Sequence record: DRR723986_1848
Direction: 5' to 3' (one strand)
Length of the DNA: 64,000 nt
In this document: positions 19,832 through 30,175 of the stretch, piece by piece
How the letters are laid out: each line of letters starts with the position of its first letter
Position numbering within the stretch: position 1 is the stretch's first letter
The notes under the pieces: model-generated
Database searches by the model: none
Told to the model about the DNA's origin: nothing
Seen by the model: the letters and a program-made list of their open reading frames with translations, nothing else
Program-made: the position numbers and the translations under genes

Positions 19832-21727
19832 ATGAGCTCGAACGCAGAAATAAAAATCAGTGGATTTCCCGAAGATGGCGGTTATTGGTTTATTAAATGG
19901 ATTGATGAATTCAAGCTTCCTCACCTCGCAACAAGTTCAGCATCAGTAAAAGTAGTACTTCAAAAGCTTAGGTCTGTCGATTTTCACAATCTAAATAATT
20001 TAGGTCCGACTGATATTCGAAGTATTCTTGGGCAGCGTAAAAAGGATGCAGATGTAATCATTGAGATTCGTTGTCCACTAGTGATGCCTGGAACGTTACC
20101 TTTAGTATTTATCGGGGCAATCTATCAGAAGGGGGTCTATGTCGGGCGGCTGCCCACTCGTCGGCGTACGATTGCACTGGCTGATGGCGGCCAAGAAGGG
20201 TTCGAGTTATCACTCTCCCAGCAAATCACCCCTCCGCCGGGCTGGCCTCAAGGTGCCCCCTACAGTCTTCTCAATCGTTTTGAATATTCAGTTGTACCCA
20301 ACATCATGAGATCTTCAAGATGTTTGGTGATTAATCGTGGTGAGGATACATTCATCATCCCCCGAATGACCATTTTTAAGGCCTTTTACGCCCCTCACAC
20401 TGAGCTTGCAAAAGCATTTTGCGGCGGCCCCTGGAATGATCGTCTAAGTGAAGTTATTTGCTTAAGTGATTTTGAGTCGGGGCTTAAAACTCGAAAGGTT
20501 ACGAATCCAGAACAATGGAACATAATTCTTCAGGTAAGGGTTCCTGACGCGTTCGCTCCCCTTTTAGCTTTATTTTACTTTGATGATTTTGCTAGATCGT
20601 GTGCTTCTTTAATCTATTCGCAAAGCCTTCAGGACAGAGAAGGAAGAGCAAGAAATCCTTGGTATGCGAGCGCACGAATCCCCTTTAAATCAGACAATGA
20701 GGATTTAAAGCTAAACGTATTAGGATTTAGTCTTCGGAGCCATTTTCACCTCGATCAAGCAGGCGAAAATATCGAGAGGCGGAAGTTTCTGGTCACTGAA
20801 ATTATTGGATGTTCATGGCCAAGCTATATTCCCTCAATTGGCTATGAGCGAGCAAATAGCGGAACTGAGAGTCAGAACCCCATTCCCGTCGACGAGCAGG
20901 CACCTTATGCAGGCACGCCTGCCGGAGAAATTGAGCGTCCAGGTGCAGAGCTAGGTGCAACTCACGACGCAGATGTCACTTCGCCGATAACCCATCTCAA
21001 CCACACTGAATTTCACTGGATAAACAAACCTACGCTATCAAAGCTGGAGAAACTAAGTAGCAAGAAGTATTCAACACCTCCACGTGATGACGTTCCCGTT
21101 CATAGCGAAAGGATGTCTACAGGTGAAGACACATACCAAAATGATGCTGTTGGTAAAGGGTTGGCTGAGCATCGGATTCGGACGCCCGAAAAAAGATTTA
21201 AAAGCATCCTCGAGGTTTTCGCACAACTAAAGTGTGACGGAATAATCTCCAGCTTTAACGTGTTGCCTTGTGCTGAAAGTCAGTATGAAATTATTCGAGA
21301 TGGTTTGTCTTGCTGGAGCTTTGAGGAGAAAACGGGTGTAAGACCAAAATATCGCCCTCGCCGAGGATGGCGTTTGGTTAAATTCGATAAGAATAGCCGG
21401 CAAGGCTGTATTTATCGTTGCGCGTTAGTTGTTCGATTGATTATCAATCAGAGGGTCTTGTTTTGGATTGAAATTGAGTGTCGCGGAACGGGTGAAGGTG
21501 GTTTTCGCTCCCCTGTTTTGGCAGATGTTGTGCCTCCGACGGCTAGAACTATTTCTACAGCTTTGGAGATCATAGCCGAGAACAAAGGGATCAATATGGA
21601 ACCTCCATTGAACAATGCTTTTGCTCCGCATGGTGTCAAAGCAAGTTGTTACAAACACGTCTACGAAAAAGACTCGAATTCAAAGTTTGATGCTGGCTCC
21701 ATCGGTAGATTTTTAAAGCAAATATGA
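19832..21727 (+). CDS. TnsE-like protein (putative replication-associated target selector)
   Basis: 631 aa; FIIPRMTIFKAFY, STGE...KRFKSILEVF.QL and RCALVVRL......FWIEIE segments recall the Tn7 TnsE layout (from memory). Confidence 0.5.
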   Translation: MSSNAEIKISGFPEDGGYWFIKWIDEFKLPHLATSSASVKVVLQKLRSVDFHNLNNLGPTDIRSILGQRKKDADVIIEIRCPLVMPGTLPLVFIGAIYQKGVYVGRLPTRRRTIALADGGQEGFELSLSQQITPPPGWPQGAPYSLLNRFEYSVVPNIMRSSRCLVINRGEDTFIIPRMTIFKAFYAPHTELAKAFCGGPWNDRLSEVICLSDFESGLKTRKVTNPEQWNIILQVRVPDAFAPLLALFYFDDFARSCASLIYSQSLQDREGRARNPWYASARIPFKSDNEDLKLNVLGFSLRSHFHLDQAGENIERRKFLVTEIIGCSWPSYIPSIGYERANSGTESQNPIPVDEQAPYAGTPAGEIERPGAELGATHDADVTSPITHLNHTEFHWINKPTLSKLEKLSSKKYSTPPRDDVPVHSERMSTGEDTYQNDAVGKGLAEHRIRTPEKRFKSILEVFAQLKCDGIISSFNVLPCAESQYEIIRDGLSCWSFEEKTGVRPKYRPRRGWRLVKFDKNSRQGCIYRCALVVRLIINQRVLFWIEIECRGTGEGGFRSPVLADVVPPTARTISTALEIIAENKGINMEPPLNNAFAPHGVKASCYKHVYEKDSNSKFDAGSIGRFLKQI

Positions 21728-21847
21728 TTTTGATTATCAGCACCAGTTGTGTTGTTACCCACTAGATTCGCGAATAAATGAGTTTAGTTGCAGTATCCGA
21801 CTTGATCTTACAATTGCCTTGCCAAAGGGTGGGGTTCTCCGTTTTGA

Positions 21848-22050
21848 TGTAGGTGCGAATCTTCATCAAAAACGGCGAGTAATCGCCAAACGAGTAACCC
21901 CATGAACACTGTGAATCAAGGTGCAATCAAACACAAGATCGCATTGCTGAATCTGGCCCAGGAACTGGGCAATGCTCCAAAGCCTGCAAGATGATGGGCT
22001 TTTCTCGCGACACCTTTTACCGTTGTCAGCACGCCGAGGAAGAAGGTAAT
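21848..22050 (+). pseudogene. IS481-family transposase N-terminal remnant (frameshifted)
   Basis: From ATG 21902: KHKIALLNLAQELGN then a frameshift to SKACKMMGFSRDTFYR; TGT-starting putative end at 21848. Confidence 0.7.
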
Positions 22051-22119
22051 GTCCTGCCTCGAATTTTTCGATCCAGCGTCACTTAATTACAATGGTTTCT
22101 CAACGCAGTGAGAAACGAA

Positions 22120-22284
22120 ATGAAACGAGCCCGATTCAGTGATGAACAAATTGTTCGGACCCTGAGAGAAACCGACAAATACACAGTTGTTGAAGTAGCC
22201 AAACGCCACGGAGTAAGCGAACCGATGGTATACACATGGCGCAAGAAATTTGGCGATCTGGAATCTGACAAAGGTCTTAGCTGA
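22120..22284 (+). pseudogene. IS3-family OrfA remnant
   Basis: MKRARFSDEQIVRTLRE...VAKRHGVSEPMVYTWRKKFG followed by a premature stop; no OrfB. Confidence 0.75.
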
Positions 22285-22543
22285 TGTTGCTTTGGGCGCT
22301 GGTTTGTGTGTGGTGGGGACCTCGAAAAGCCCACCGTGGGCCCATCAAATTTGGCTGATCGTTGAAATATGATCACTTCGCCCACAAAGTGATGCGACCC
22401 CATGAAAAAAAGCAAGTTGACAAAAAGGTCAGTCTTGAAGTACGCACTTAGCAGTTTAAGGGGTGAAGATGGTTTTTATACTTTAAATTAACAATAGAAA
22501 TGGGCTGTAGCCAAAGTAGAATAGACGTAGGCTGCTAAGTAAT

Positions 22544-23206
22544 TTATAGCTGCTGCTTCTCAGCAAAATACGAATAAATATCGTCTATCAAAGGGCCTTT
22601 GTATTTTTCGACATAGGTATCATTTCTCAGGCCGCACTCAACTTTTTGGAGTTGAGCGCGTATAGGTGCCCATTCACTTTGGGTCACGCAAGCAAGTTTT
22701 GCGATATAAAAAATTCTGCGCGACAAGAAAAAACGATCGAATGGTGGATCCATTCTCAGTAGTAGATGCAGCAATTTTTCCTTGTCTGTCACTACTTCAA
22801 AAATTGGATGCACAGAATTTGCGAACAGCACATCAAGATATGGTTTCACTTGCTCAATATTGGCTTGCAAAACCTCACCGATATATGGTTTGGTGAAGAC
22901 ATCTGCATTAAACAAAGCACATGCTGTTGGTGATGTTGCAGCGGAGTAAGCAAGTCCTCCGGCTAGGGCGCTGAATCTTTCCAACGCCTTCTCTACATCT
23001 GATTGAACCTCAATACACCCCACCCCTACGCTTACGTCATATGCCTTTGGTGATGCCATATATCGAAAGGCAACATAACAACTCATCTCTGAATTGATCG
23101 CTCTTTCGAAGGCGTAAACCTTTTGCATTGGCATGGGCATTGCAACGGGTACATATCCACGCGCAGTCATGTCAGTGGTCAGCATTCTTGTAAAAGGTGA
23201 ATTCAT
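22544..23206 (-). CDS. Putative immunity protein of the RHS toxin
   Basis: 220-aa ORF 15 bp downstream of the RHS stop codon; no signal peptide; positional inference. Confidence 0.6.
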   Translation of the reverse strand: MNSPFTRMLTTDMTARGYVPVAMPMPMQKVYAFERAINSEMSCYVAFRYMASPKAYDVSVGVGCIEVQSDVEKALERFSALAGGLAYSAATSPTACALFNADVFTKPYIGEVLQANIEQVKPYLDVLFANSVHPIFEVVTDKEKLLHLLLRMDPPFDRFFLSRRIFYIAKLACVTQSEWAPIRAQLQKVECGLRNDTYVEKYKGPLIDDIYSYFAEKQQL

Positions 23207-23221
23207 AGCACAGCTTATAAA

Positions 23222-26200
23222 TTACGGTCTGCCAGTTTGCATAGTTCGCACATCTGCGCCTGAGCTTTCCAAGATTGTTTTCAGTCGGAAGGAACTGAAT
23301 TGGGCCGCTCTGTTGGAGCTGAAGTCAATACCGATATATATGACTCGCCTTACCGTGATTGACTCCAAGCCCAACGGCACCGTTGCCCCATACTCATAAA
23401 CTTTGGCATCAAATTTGACCTGTGCCATATTTAACTTGAGAACGTCACCGATTGTTGACTTCACCTCGACAGCTACGTACCTTCCATCAGGATCAGTCAT
23501 AAGTAAATCATACACCCGAACCTGAGTCCCGTCAGTCGCCGTTACCTGACGGCCTTTGAATTTATAGTTATCCGACTCCAATCTAGCGCGAGCAATCTTT
23601 TCTGCATCGCTGCCCCGCATGTTGGGGCCGCGACCATTTTTTGAATCCCAACCGTCAGAGTGCGAAACCTGATTATACAAATAAGCAAACGCTCCGGTAA
23701 TCGCTCCATTGGAGAACTTTCCACCGGTCAGTTCAGATACTGTTCCGCCCACCGTACCGGCCATCAATGCACCTGCGAGCTTGTCTGAAAATGTTGTGCT
23801 TCCCGCAAATTCAGCAATGTATGGAGAAGTGATTTTCGTGAATCCCCCAGCAAGTGCTCCACTGCCGCAATCTCCACCGTTAAGCGTGGCTGAGGCACAA
23901 CCTAGGGCTGCATGCGAAGCAATTGCTTCAGCACTGGCAAATGTTCCAGGCGCTGTCCCGAATTTCTGCCCAATTTGCCCGGCAAGCCCACCTGTGAATC
24001 CACCAATGAATGCGCTTTTCAGGTTACCTCCACTACCCACAAAGCTGCCAGCAAATCCACCTGCTGCACCTGCACCAAAGGCTCCACCAATAAATTTACC
24101 AGCTGTATACCAATCACCAACACTGATGCCCACAGCAATTCCTACTACTGCTCTGAACAGACTGTTCTTGAACAACTTCTTGAGGAAGAATCCAGAGGGA
24201 TCTGTATAACTGAGCGGGTTGTTGTTCACATACGCATAGCGGTTGTAGTTCTGCAGGTTCGTCGGCTGCGCTATAAACGGATCCGCACTCATGAATCTAC
24301 CTAAGCTCGCATCGTAAATACGCCCGTTCATATGCACCAACCCCAGATGATCTAGATGCTCATGCCCAGTGAATCCGCGATCGGTTTCGCCCAATAAGTG
24401 GCCGCCATTGGCCGTGTAATCCGTCCCGTTGAGGTTTCGTCGCTTGCCCCACGCGTCGTAGCTGTACCTCTCCAGTACCGTACCCGTCGCTCCCGTTATC
24501 AACACAATGCTGCCTAAGTGGTCCTTATGCAGGTATTTAGTGATCACTGTCTCCGTGGTTGTTTCAGACTGACCTAACAAACTTCCAAGTAGGTTGGGCT
24601 TCACCACTGAAATTGAGTCTATATGCAGCACTTTACCCGCAATGTAGTATTTTGCTTGTGAGGAACTGGTGCTAGTGTTGCTGCTTTGCTCCAACTCAAA
24701 GTTATCCACATACCATGTGATGACGTTTAATCCGTTGTATGCCGCAGTTTGTTTGACGCGCTGGTGCTCGGGGCCGTACCTAAAGCTGCTGTTCTGACTG
24801 CCCTGCGTGATGTTATCAACCATGTTAAAGCTCATCCAGCTCACAGTGGCTCCGCCCCCTGTGAGCATATTGCCGTTGGCGTCATATGTGTAGCTCGGGC
24901 TGCTCGCGCCATGCACACTGCCCGTGATTTTGGTGAGTTGGTGTGGCTTGGTTGTGGTGCCGTAGGTGTATGTGCGGGCATCCTTAGTGAGGATGTTGCC
25001 GTACTTGTTGTAGGTTGCCGTTTTGCCGGGAACGCCGGTGGTGCCGGTGGTGCTGGTCAGGCGGTTCAAGCTGTCGTAGCCGAAGTTCTCTGCCCGGGCA
25101 ACTGGGGTACCGTTGTTGCCGGGTGCTCCAAAGTCCATCCAGCTTCTAGCGCTCAGATTGTTCTCGCTGTCGAAGCTGTATCCCTCGGAGAGTCGATCCG
25201 CCGTGGTTGTATTCGTACCCACCGCGTTGGTCTTCAAACGTCCCCAAGCATCGGATTGCGCCACTTCAATCAAACCATTGCCCATGGTAACTCGGGCAAT
25301 CTGATCCATCCCGCTAGCCACAAGACTGTGCATTTCCCACAGTTTTGTGTTGGCATTGTGATTAAATTGGCGAATTAAGCCGACTCCGCTGTATTCGTTG
25401 CGCACGATAAAGCCGGCTGTGGGCGCGGCATTGGTGGTGGGAGCTACATTAGGTTGTACGCGCGCTGGGTACACGTGGCGGGCCACACGCCCGGTAGTGG
25501 ATTCATAAACAGTGCCGCTCCAGAACACGTTGCCATCCATGGCAACCCGTTCACTTACTTCCCGCCCGATACTGTCATAACAATGCACTCTGTTGTAACC
25601 GGTGCTGGTGGTAGCCTGAGTCAGCTTGCCTTTGGCGGTATTCGGTGCTGCAGCACAATGGCTGCTGTGAGTATCATAGCTCCAGGTGCTGATCAGGTCA
25701 GCTTCTCGCCTTTCGGTTTGACGCCCAGCCACATCGTAGGCAATAGTGGTGAGTTGGCCTTTGCCATTTTGCTGGAGCCGAAGCTCACCAATTGCGTTGT
25801 ACCGGTACTGCCACGTGCCCATGTGAGAATCTGTCATGGCGGTCTTTCTGCCACGAAGATCGTAGGTCATCGTTGTGATGATTCCGCTGGCATCGGTCTG
25901 GATCTGATTGCCCAGCGCATCATAGGTGTGGGTGATGGTGTTGTTTTGCGCATCGGTTACGCTGATCAACTGACCCAGCACGTTGTAGGTGCTGCTTGTG
26001 GTTTGCCCTTTGGTGTTCGTGCTGCTGGTGCTTAAACCGTTGTAAGCCACCGTGCGTGCATATCTCCCATTGACCTTGTTTGCAGTGTTGGTAGCACCTG
26101 CATCCTCCGTTTCTTCTCGCACCACCCGGTTGAGGATGTCGTAGGTGCTGTAGGCCCACTGAATGGTCTGTGCAGCAGTATGTCCGATACTGTCCGCAAG

Positions 26201-27013
26201 GTAAGTGTTGCTCTTTTTGGCCACGCGACCCCATGCGTCATAAACAGTGTCTTGCGTGTTCCAGGTCCAGGAGGCGGTGCCAGTAAGCACCTGAGTTTGG
26301 CTGCGAATGGCACGATTTTGGTTGTCATAGTACGTCCTTGAGACTGGGCCGATCTGTGCGTTACCGCTACTGAGGCTGCCAGTGCGAATGTAATAGTACG
26401 GTGTCACACCCTGAATACTGGTGGGGCAGGCACCCGAGGTCGAACCTGCACAGAACGCGTATTCCCAGTAAGTCTTGCTACCATCGGGACGCACCTCACC
26501 AGTCTTTCGTCCAAAGTCATCATATGTCCAGGTGGTGATAAGTCCATTGGGGCCAGTTTGTTTGCTCACCGTACCAAAGCGTAGATCAAACTCTTGGGTT
26601 TCACTGTGCCCCAGTGAGTTCGTGTTGCTTGTTGGGAACTGACCTCCCACCGGATTCACGGCAGTGGCGCTGTAACTGGTGGTCAGGGTACGCGTAGTAA
26701 ACTGGGTGTAGTTGCCACCGACACTGGCTGTGGCCGGGGGCGCTGGGGGTGCGGCGGCCTCATTGCCCACACCCGCAATGGCCGAGCCGTTGCAGTTTCG
26801 AGTTTGGGTGGCCGTGCGGTTGCCATAAGCATCTAGGGTATATTGGGTGGCCACACACAAAGTGGCATTGGTCGGTTCGACCACCTCACGGATCAGAACC
26901 CCATCGGCGTCATACACAAAAGCGCTGGTTCTGGTAACTGTCTCTGCTTGAGCAACTGTTGCCGCAAACAACAAGGGCAGTGCAAGCTTCAGGGTCTGAT
27001 GTAGTGGTCTCAT
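23222..27013 (-). CDS. RHS/YD-repeat toxin (TcC-like) with signal peptide and C-terminal PD-(D/E)xK nuclease
   Basis: Signal ...LFAATVAQA-E; YD repeats; RHS core RGFTGHE...MNGRIYD...GRFMSADP...NPLSYTDPSG; C-terminal RVYDLL...VAVEVKS. Confidence 0.88.
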   Translation of the reverse strand: MRPLHQTLKLALPLLFAATVAQAETVTRTSAFVYDADGVLIREVVEPTNATLCVATQYTLDAYGNRTATQTRNCNGSAIAGVGNEAAAPPAPPATASVGGNYTQFTTRTLTTSYSATAVNPVGGQFPTSNTNSLGHSETQEFDLRFGTVSKQTGPNGLITTWTYDDFGRKTGEVRPDGSKTYWEYAFCAGSTSGACPTSIQGVTPYYYIRTGSLSSGNAQIGPVSRTYYDNQNRAIRSQTQVLTGTASWTWNTQDTVYDAWGRVAKKSNTYLADSIGHTAAQTIQWAYSTYDILNRVVREETEDAGATNTANKVNGRYARTVAYNGLSTSSTNTKGQTTSSTYNVLGQLISVTDAQNNTITHTYDALGNQIQTDASGIITTMTYDLRGRKTAMTDSHMGTWQYRYNAIGELRLQQNGKGQLTTIAYDVAGRQTERREADLISTWSYDTHSSHCAAAPNTAKGKLTQATTSTGYNRVHCYDSIGREVSERVAMDGNVFWSGTVYESTTGRVARHVYPARVQPNVAPTTNAAPTAGFIVRNEYSGVGLIRQFNHNANTKLWEMHSLVASGMDQIARVTMGNGLIEVAQSDAWGRLKTNAVGTNTTTADRLSEGYSFDSENNLSARSWMDFGAPGNNGTPVARAENFGYDSLNRLTSTTGTTGVPGKTATYNKYGNILTKDARTYTYGTTTKPHQLTKITGSVHGASSPSYTYDANGNMLTGGGATVSWMSFNMVDNITQGSQNSSFRYGPEHQRVKQTAAYNGLNVITWYVDNFELEQSSNTSTSSSQAKYYIAGKVLHIDSISVVKPNLLGSLLGQSETTTETVITKYLHKDHLGSIVLITGATGTVLERYSYDAWGKRRNLNGTDYTANGGHLLGETDRGFTGHEHLDHLGLVHMNGRIYDASLGRFMSADPFIAQPTNLQNYNRYAYVNNNPLSYTDPSGFFLKKLFKNSLFRAVVGIAVGISVGDWYTAGKFIGGAFGAGAAGGFAGSFVGSGGNLKSAFIGGFTGGLAGQIGQKFGTAPGTFASAEAIASHAALGCASATLNGGDCGSGALAGGFTKITSPYIAEFAGSTTFSDKLAGALMAGTVGGTVSELTGGKFSNGAITGAFAYLYNQVSHSDGWDSKNGRGPNMRGSDAEKIARARLESDNYKFKGRQVTATDGTQVRVYDLLMTDPDGRYVAVEVKSTIGDVLKLNMAQVKFDAKVYEYGATVPLGLESITVRRVIYIGIDFSSNRAAQFSSFRLKTILESSGADVRTMQTGRP

Positions 27014-27241
27014 GTCCGTCTGAACCTTCTGTTCTGTAGTTTAGTTATTGGTCTTATTCGCTTGGCTCAAGTGCTTAACCTTGTTGATTTGGATAAGCCT
27101 TCTGGATTTATCCTGACCAACATGGAAGTCCTGATGGACCTGGCTCCAATTAATTATTTCTTTAATACTTGTATTTCTATCCTCAATACCTACCAAAGTA
27201 GACGGTTTTTAAGGTGTCGACTTTTCTAAAACCATTTGTAA

Positions 27242-30175
27242 TCAAGGCTTGACGTGGGTAACTGCACTTTTAATTAGTCGGCCCTGTCTGGCTCGCTCGG
27301 CATTACTGTCGTACGTGTTGTTGGTCGTGCGGCTATAACCACTGGCTGTTCCATCAGCGTTTAGTGTTTGCTCTTGCATCTGAGTGACGTTCCCAAACCC
27401 ATCCAGTGTGATAAGAGTACGTTTTCGTGGCAGCTCTGACCCTTGTTGCGAGGTGGATGTCATTTCCCACTGCCGGGTGGTGCTATCCACAGTGTACGGG
27501 ATCACAATCTGCCCGTTGAGTGCTGCCGTACCACACGTTTGAGCAGTGGAATTGGTTGGGGTTCTTACCCGAATGATGCTGTCCGTCTGCTCACGCAATC
27601 CGCCCAATGGCAACTTAACCTGAGTTTGCACAGTCATTCCCAAACAGGGCCACTGTTGCGAGTACGTTGAGCGCAACGTCGGCATCGACACACCGTCTGA
27701 ACCTGTCATCTGGCTCTCCATCCACTCAAACCCCAAAAAGCCTCGACCATACTGTCGGTCAACTTTCCCCCCAAAATATCTAAAGTTTGTGGTGCTGAAT
27801 CCTCCAATACCGTTTGACTCACGAACTTCCTTGGTTACGACATAACCGCCTGGCAAGTTTGCCAATGGCCATATGTAACCGGATTGCGAGCTAAATGATG
27901 AGATTTCTTTAGAAGAAGAAAATATGGGTATGATTTCATGACTACTAACACTGATTTTTTTAATAGTTGAATAATGAGAGCTTTTCTGCAGTTTACAAAC
28001 CAAGCCGGACGTACGCCTTATGCAAAAGTCAGGCTTTCCATCATTATTTAAATCCACAAAACGACCAGTAGAATAGGTAGAAGCTAACTCTAAGTCTGCC
28101 CCGGGCTCAAGACTCACCCCATTTACGAGTACTGGGGTTAAGTTTAAGATCGAGCCTAAATAACAGCGGATCACCAGATTTTCGCGGAAGCAAACATCAG
28201 GAAAGTTATCTTGATTTACATCTCCGAAGTAAAAATAGGACCCTTTGATCGGAGAGGACCATCCGGCAGCATCGGTAAAAGCTGGATATCTATTGGCTGC
28301 TATTAAAAAATCAGAGAATCCAAGGCTTCCGGGAAGATTGGATGGCGACACGCTAAGGCCGCAACGATAACCTGAAGATGTTTTTACACAAAAGTCATCG
28401 CTACCATCATTGGAAATGTCAGCATAAACGATTGAATTAACATATGAAGTAACACCGGAGGGCAAGCTAGGGCCATTGACCACCCTGATGAAATTAATAC
28501 CATCACTCAGGTGACATTTTGAGACCCCGTTAATTCCACATACATCGACAAAACCATCACCATTGATGTCTGCGAACCTGATTGTGCTGTAGGCGGATTC
28601 GTTTGCCCATCCTAGAGAATCAGAGAACGCTGGGCCGCGTTTAGGTAACCCAAAGCTTGAGCCGTTCCCCAACCAGCAAACTATACCATCTGCATCTCTG
28701 CCACATAAATCGGAGAAAGAGTCGCCATTGAAGTCCAGATAAATCAAAGAAGAATATCTAGATTTTTGATTCCATCCGGCTGAATCGCTTAGATTTGGCC
28801 CTCTGAAACTAGTTGGGAAAGAATTTCCTGTACCAATCCAACAGACGATCCCTGATGTGTCTTTGGCACATATATCTGCTTTTCCGTCACGGTTAAGATC
28901 TGGATACTGAATAGTTGAGTAGCGTTGAGTGACACCCCATCCTGCTGAATCAGACAAAGGCGGTCCATTGAAGGGTGATAGAAACTGCCCGCCATCAAAT
29001 ACTCTACACTTAATGCCTGTGGATTCTCTGTAGCAAAGGTCGCTATTACCATCTCCATTCAGGTCAGGGTAAGAGATGGTCTCATAGTATTCTGACTTAT
29101 TAAAAGAGTTAGCATCAGACAGTCCATTTACTGAAATGGCTTCATTAAGGTCAGAATAAATTATATTTTGGGTGTTTAAGTTCCACTCGAATGCTACACT
29201 CGGCAAACAATTGGATGCCACACACTCTTGAATAGATGTCAAATATTTCTCGTTGTTCGCCCCACCCACTTGATAAGTAAGTTGGTAGGATAAAACAACC
29301 TCACCGCTCAAGCTCCATTGTGGAGAATAATCGACTGTACCCGTGTAAGTTATAGATGGGTTTTTACGAATCTGGATGCCTCGGATGGTACTGCCGGTGA
29401 TGTAATAATAACCAGCCCCTGCGGTGAACTGCCCACCCTCTAATACTAATTCGGTTTTACCAAACGGATCTTGGGCAGTGCCATACCCAAATTCAACACA
29501 ATAATCAAATCCTTTGTTTAACCTTATGTTACCGGTGTAGCAAACAGCTCTAATCATATTTGGATTAAAGCTGGTAGTGTAAAATGCCTTCCAATAATTG
29601 CCCTTAGAGTCAATTACAGATTCCAATACAAAGCTGTGTACAAATAAAGGAATCGTGGTATTAAAAACTCCGATTCTTTTAACAAATTTTTTAATTTCAC
29701 CTGCCTTTGTATGAACCTCAAAATACTTAGATTTATCCAGCGAAGATGTGTCAACGCCAATGATCTTGGATCCATCATATAATTGTGTTTCATATATCGC
29801 ACCATCTTGATGGTATGCGCCTGACTTTAATACGAGTCTTACTCCATCAAGACACCAAACGTCTGAATTGGTGTAAGACAAACTCCCCTTAATACCATCT
29901 ACTTCTAAGGATTTTGCGCATCTGTGAATTGTGCTCAATCCACCAACAACAAATCCTTTGCCCAATATGTCATGTGAATAACCGCTGTTGTACTCAATTG
30001 TTATGGGAGGCTTAACACCTGCTATACCTGGAGGTAATCTGAGTGGATATTTATATTCAAATGCACCTGACGCATTAACATCCCAAATTCCGCGTCTATC
30101 CATTTGTGCATTCGAATTTAATTGATGAAAAGCAACAAAGAGCGTGAATGTGATTTTAATAATTTTGTTTAGCAT
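27242..30175 (-). CDS. SpvB/TcB-like protein with FG-GAP repeats and signal peptide
   Basis: GAFEYKYPLRLPPGIAGVKP...LGKGFVVGGLSTIHRC (SpvB-like start); seven DxNxDGxxD repeats; GRGFLGF TcdB-mid-like motif. Confidence 0.8.
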   Translation of the reverse strand: MLNKIIKITFTLFVAFHQLNSNAQMDRRGIWDVNASGAFEYKYPLRLPPGIAGVKPPITIEYNSGYSHDILGKGFVVGGLSTIHRCAKSLEVDGIKGSLSYTNSDVWCLDGVRLVLKSGAYHQDGAIYETQLYDGSKIIGVDTSSLDKSKYFEVHTKAGEIKKFVKRIGVFNTTIPLFVHSFVLESVIDSKGNYWKAFYTTSFNPNMIRAVCYTGNIRLNKGFDYCVEFGYGTAQDPFGKTELVLEGGQFTAGAGYYYITGSTIRGIQIRKNPSITYTGTVDYSPQWSLSGEVVLSYQLTYQVGGANNEKYLTSIQECVASNCLPSVAFEWNLNTQNIIYSDLNEAISVNGLSDANSFNKSEYYETISYPDLNGDGNSDLCYRESTGIKCRVFDGGQFLSPFNGPPLSDSAGWGVTQRYSTIQYPDLNRDGKADICAKDTSGIVCWIGTGNSFPTSFRGPNLSDSAGWNQKSRYSSLIYLDFNGDSFSDLCGRDADGIVCWLGNGSSFGLPKRGPAFSDSLGWANESAYSTIRFADINGDGFVDVCGINGVSKCHLSDGINFIRVVNGPSLPSGVTSYVNSIVYADISNDGSDDFCVKTSSGYRCGLSVSPSNLPGSLGFSDFLIAANRYPAFTDAAGWSSPIKGSYFYFGDVNQDNFPDVCFRENLVIRCYLGSILNLTPVLVNGVSLEPGADLELASTYSTGRFVDLNNDGKPDFCIRRTSGLVCKLQKSSHYSTIKKISVSSHEIIPIFSSSKEISSFSSQSGYIWPLANLPGGYVVTKEVRESNGIGGFSTTNFRYFGGKVDRQYGRGFLGFEWMESQMTGSDGVSMPTLRSTYSQQWPCLGMTVQTQVKLPLGGLREQTDSIIRVRTPTNSTAQTCGTAALNGQIVIPYTVDSTTRQWEMTSTSQQGSELPRKRTLITLDGFGNVTQMQEQTLNADGTASGYSRTTNNTYDSNAERARQGRLIKSAVTHVKP
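27990..29135 (-). repeat. Seven intragenic FG-GAP-like repeats, each with a Cys pair
   Basis: Consensus GP.LSD..GW....YS.I.Y.D.N.DG..D.C......G..C; coordinates approximate. Confidence 0.75.

Noticed and set aside
22083-22415. 110-aa minus-strand ORF
   Set aside because: Antisense to the IS3 orfA remnant.
23222-30175. T6SS effector locus
   Set aside because: No PAAR, VgrG, Hcp or EagR genes; the N-termini look like Sec signal peptides.
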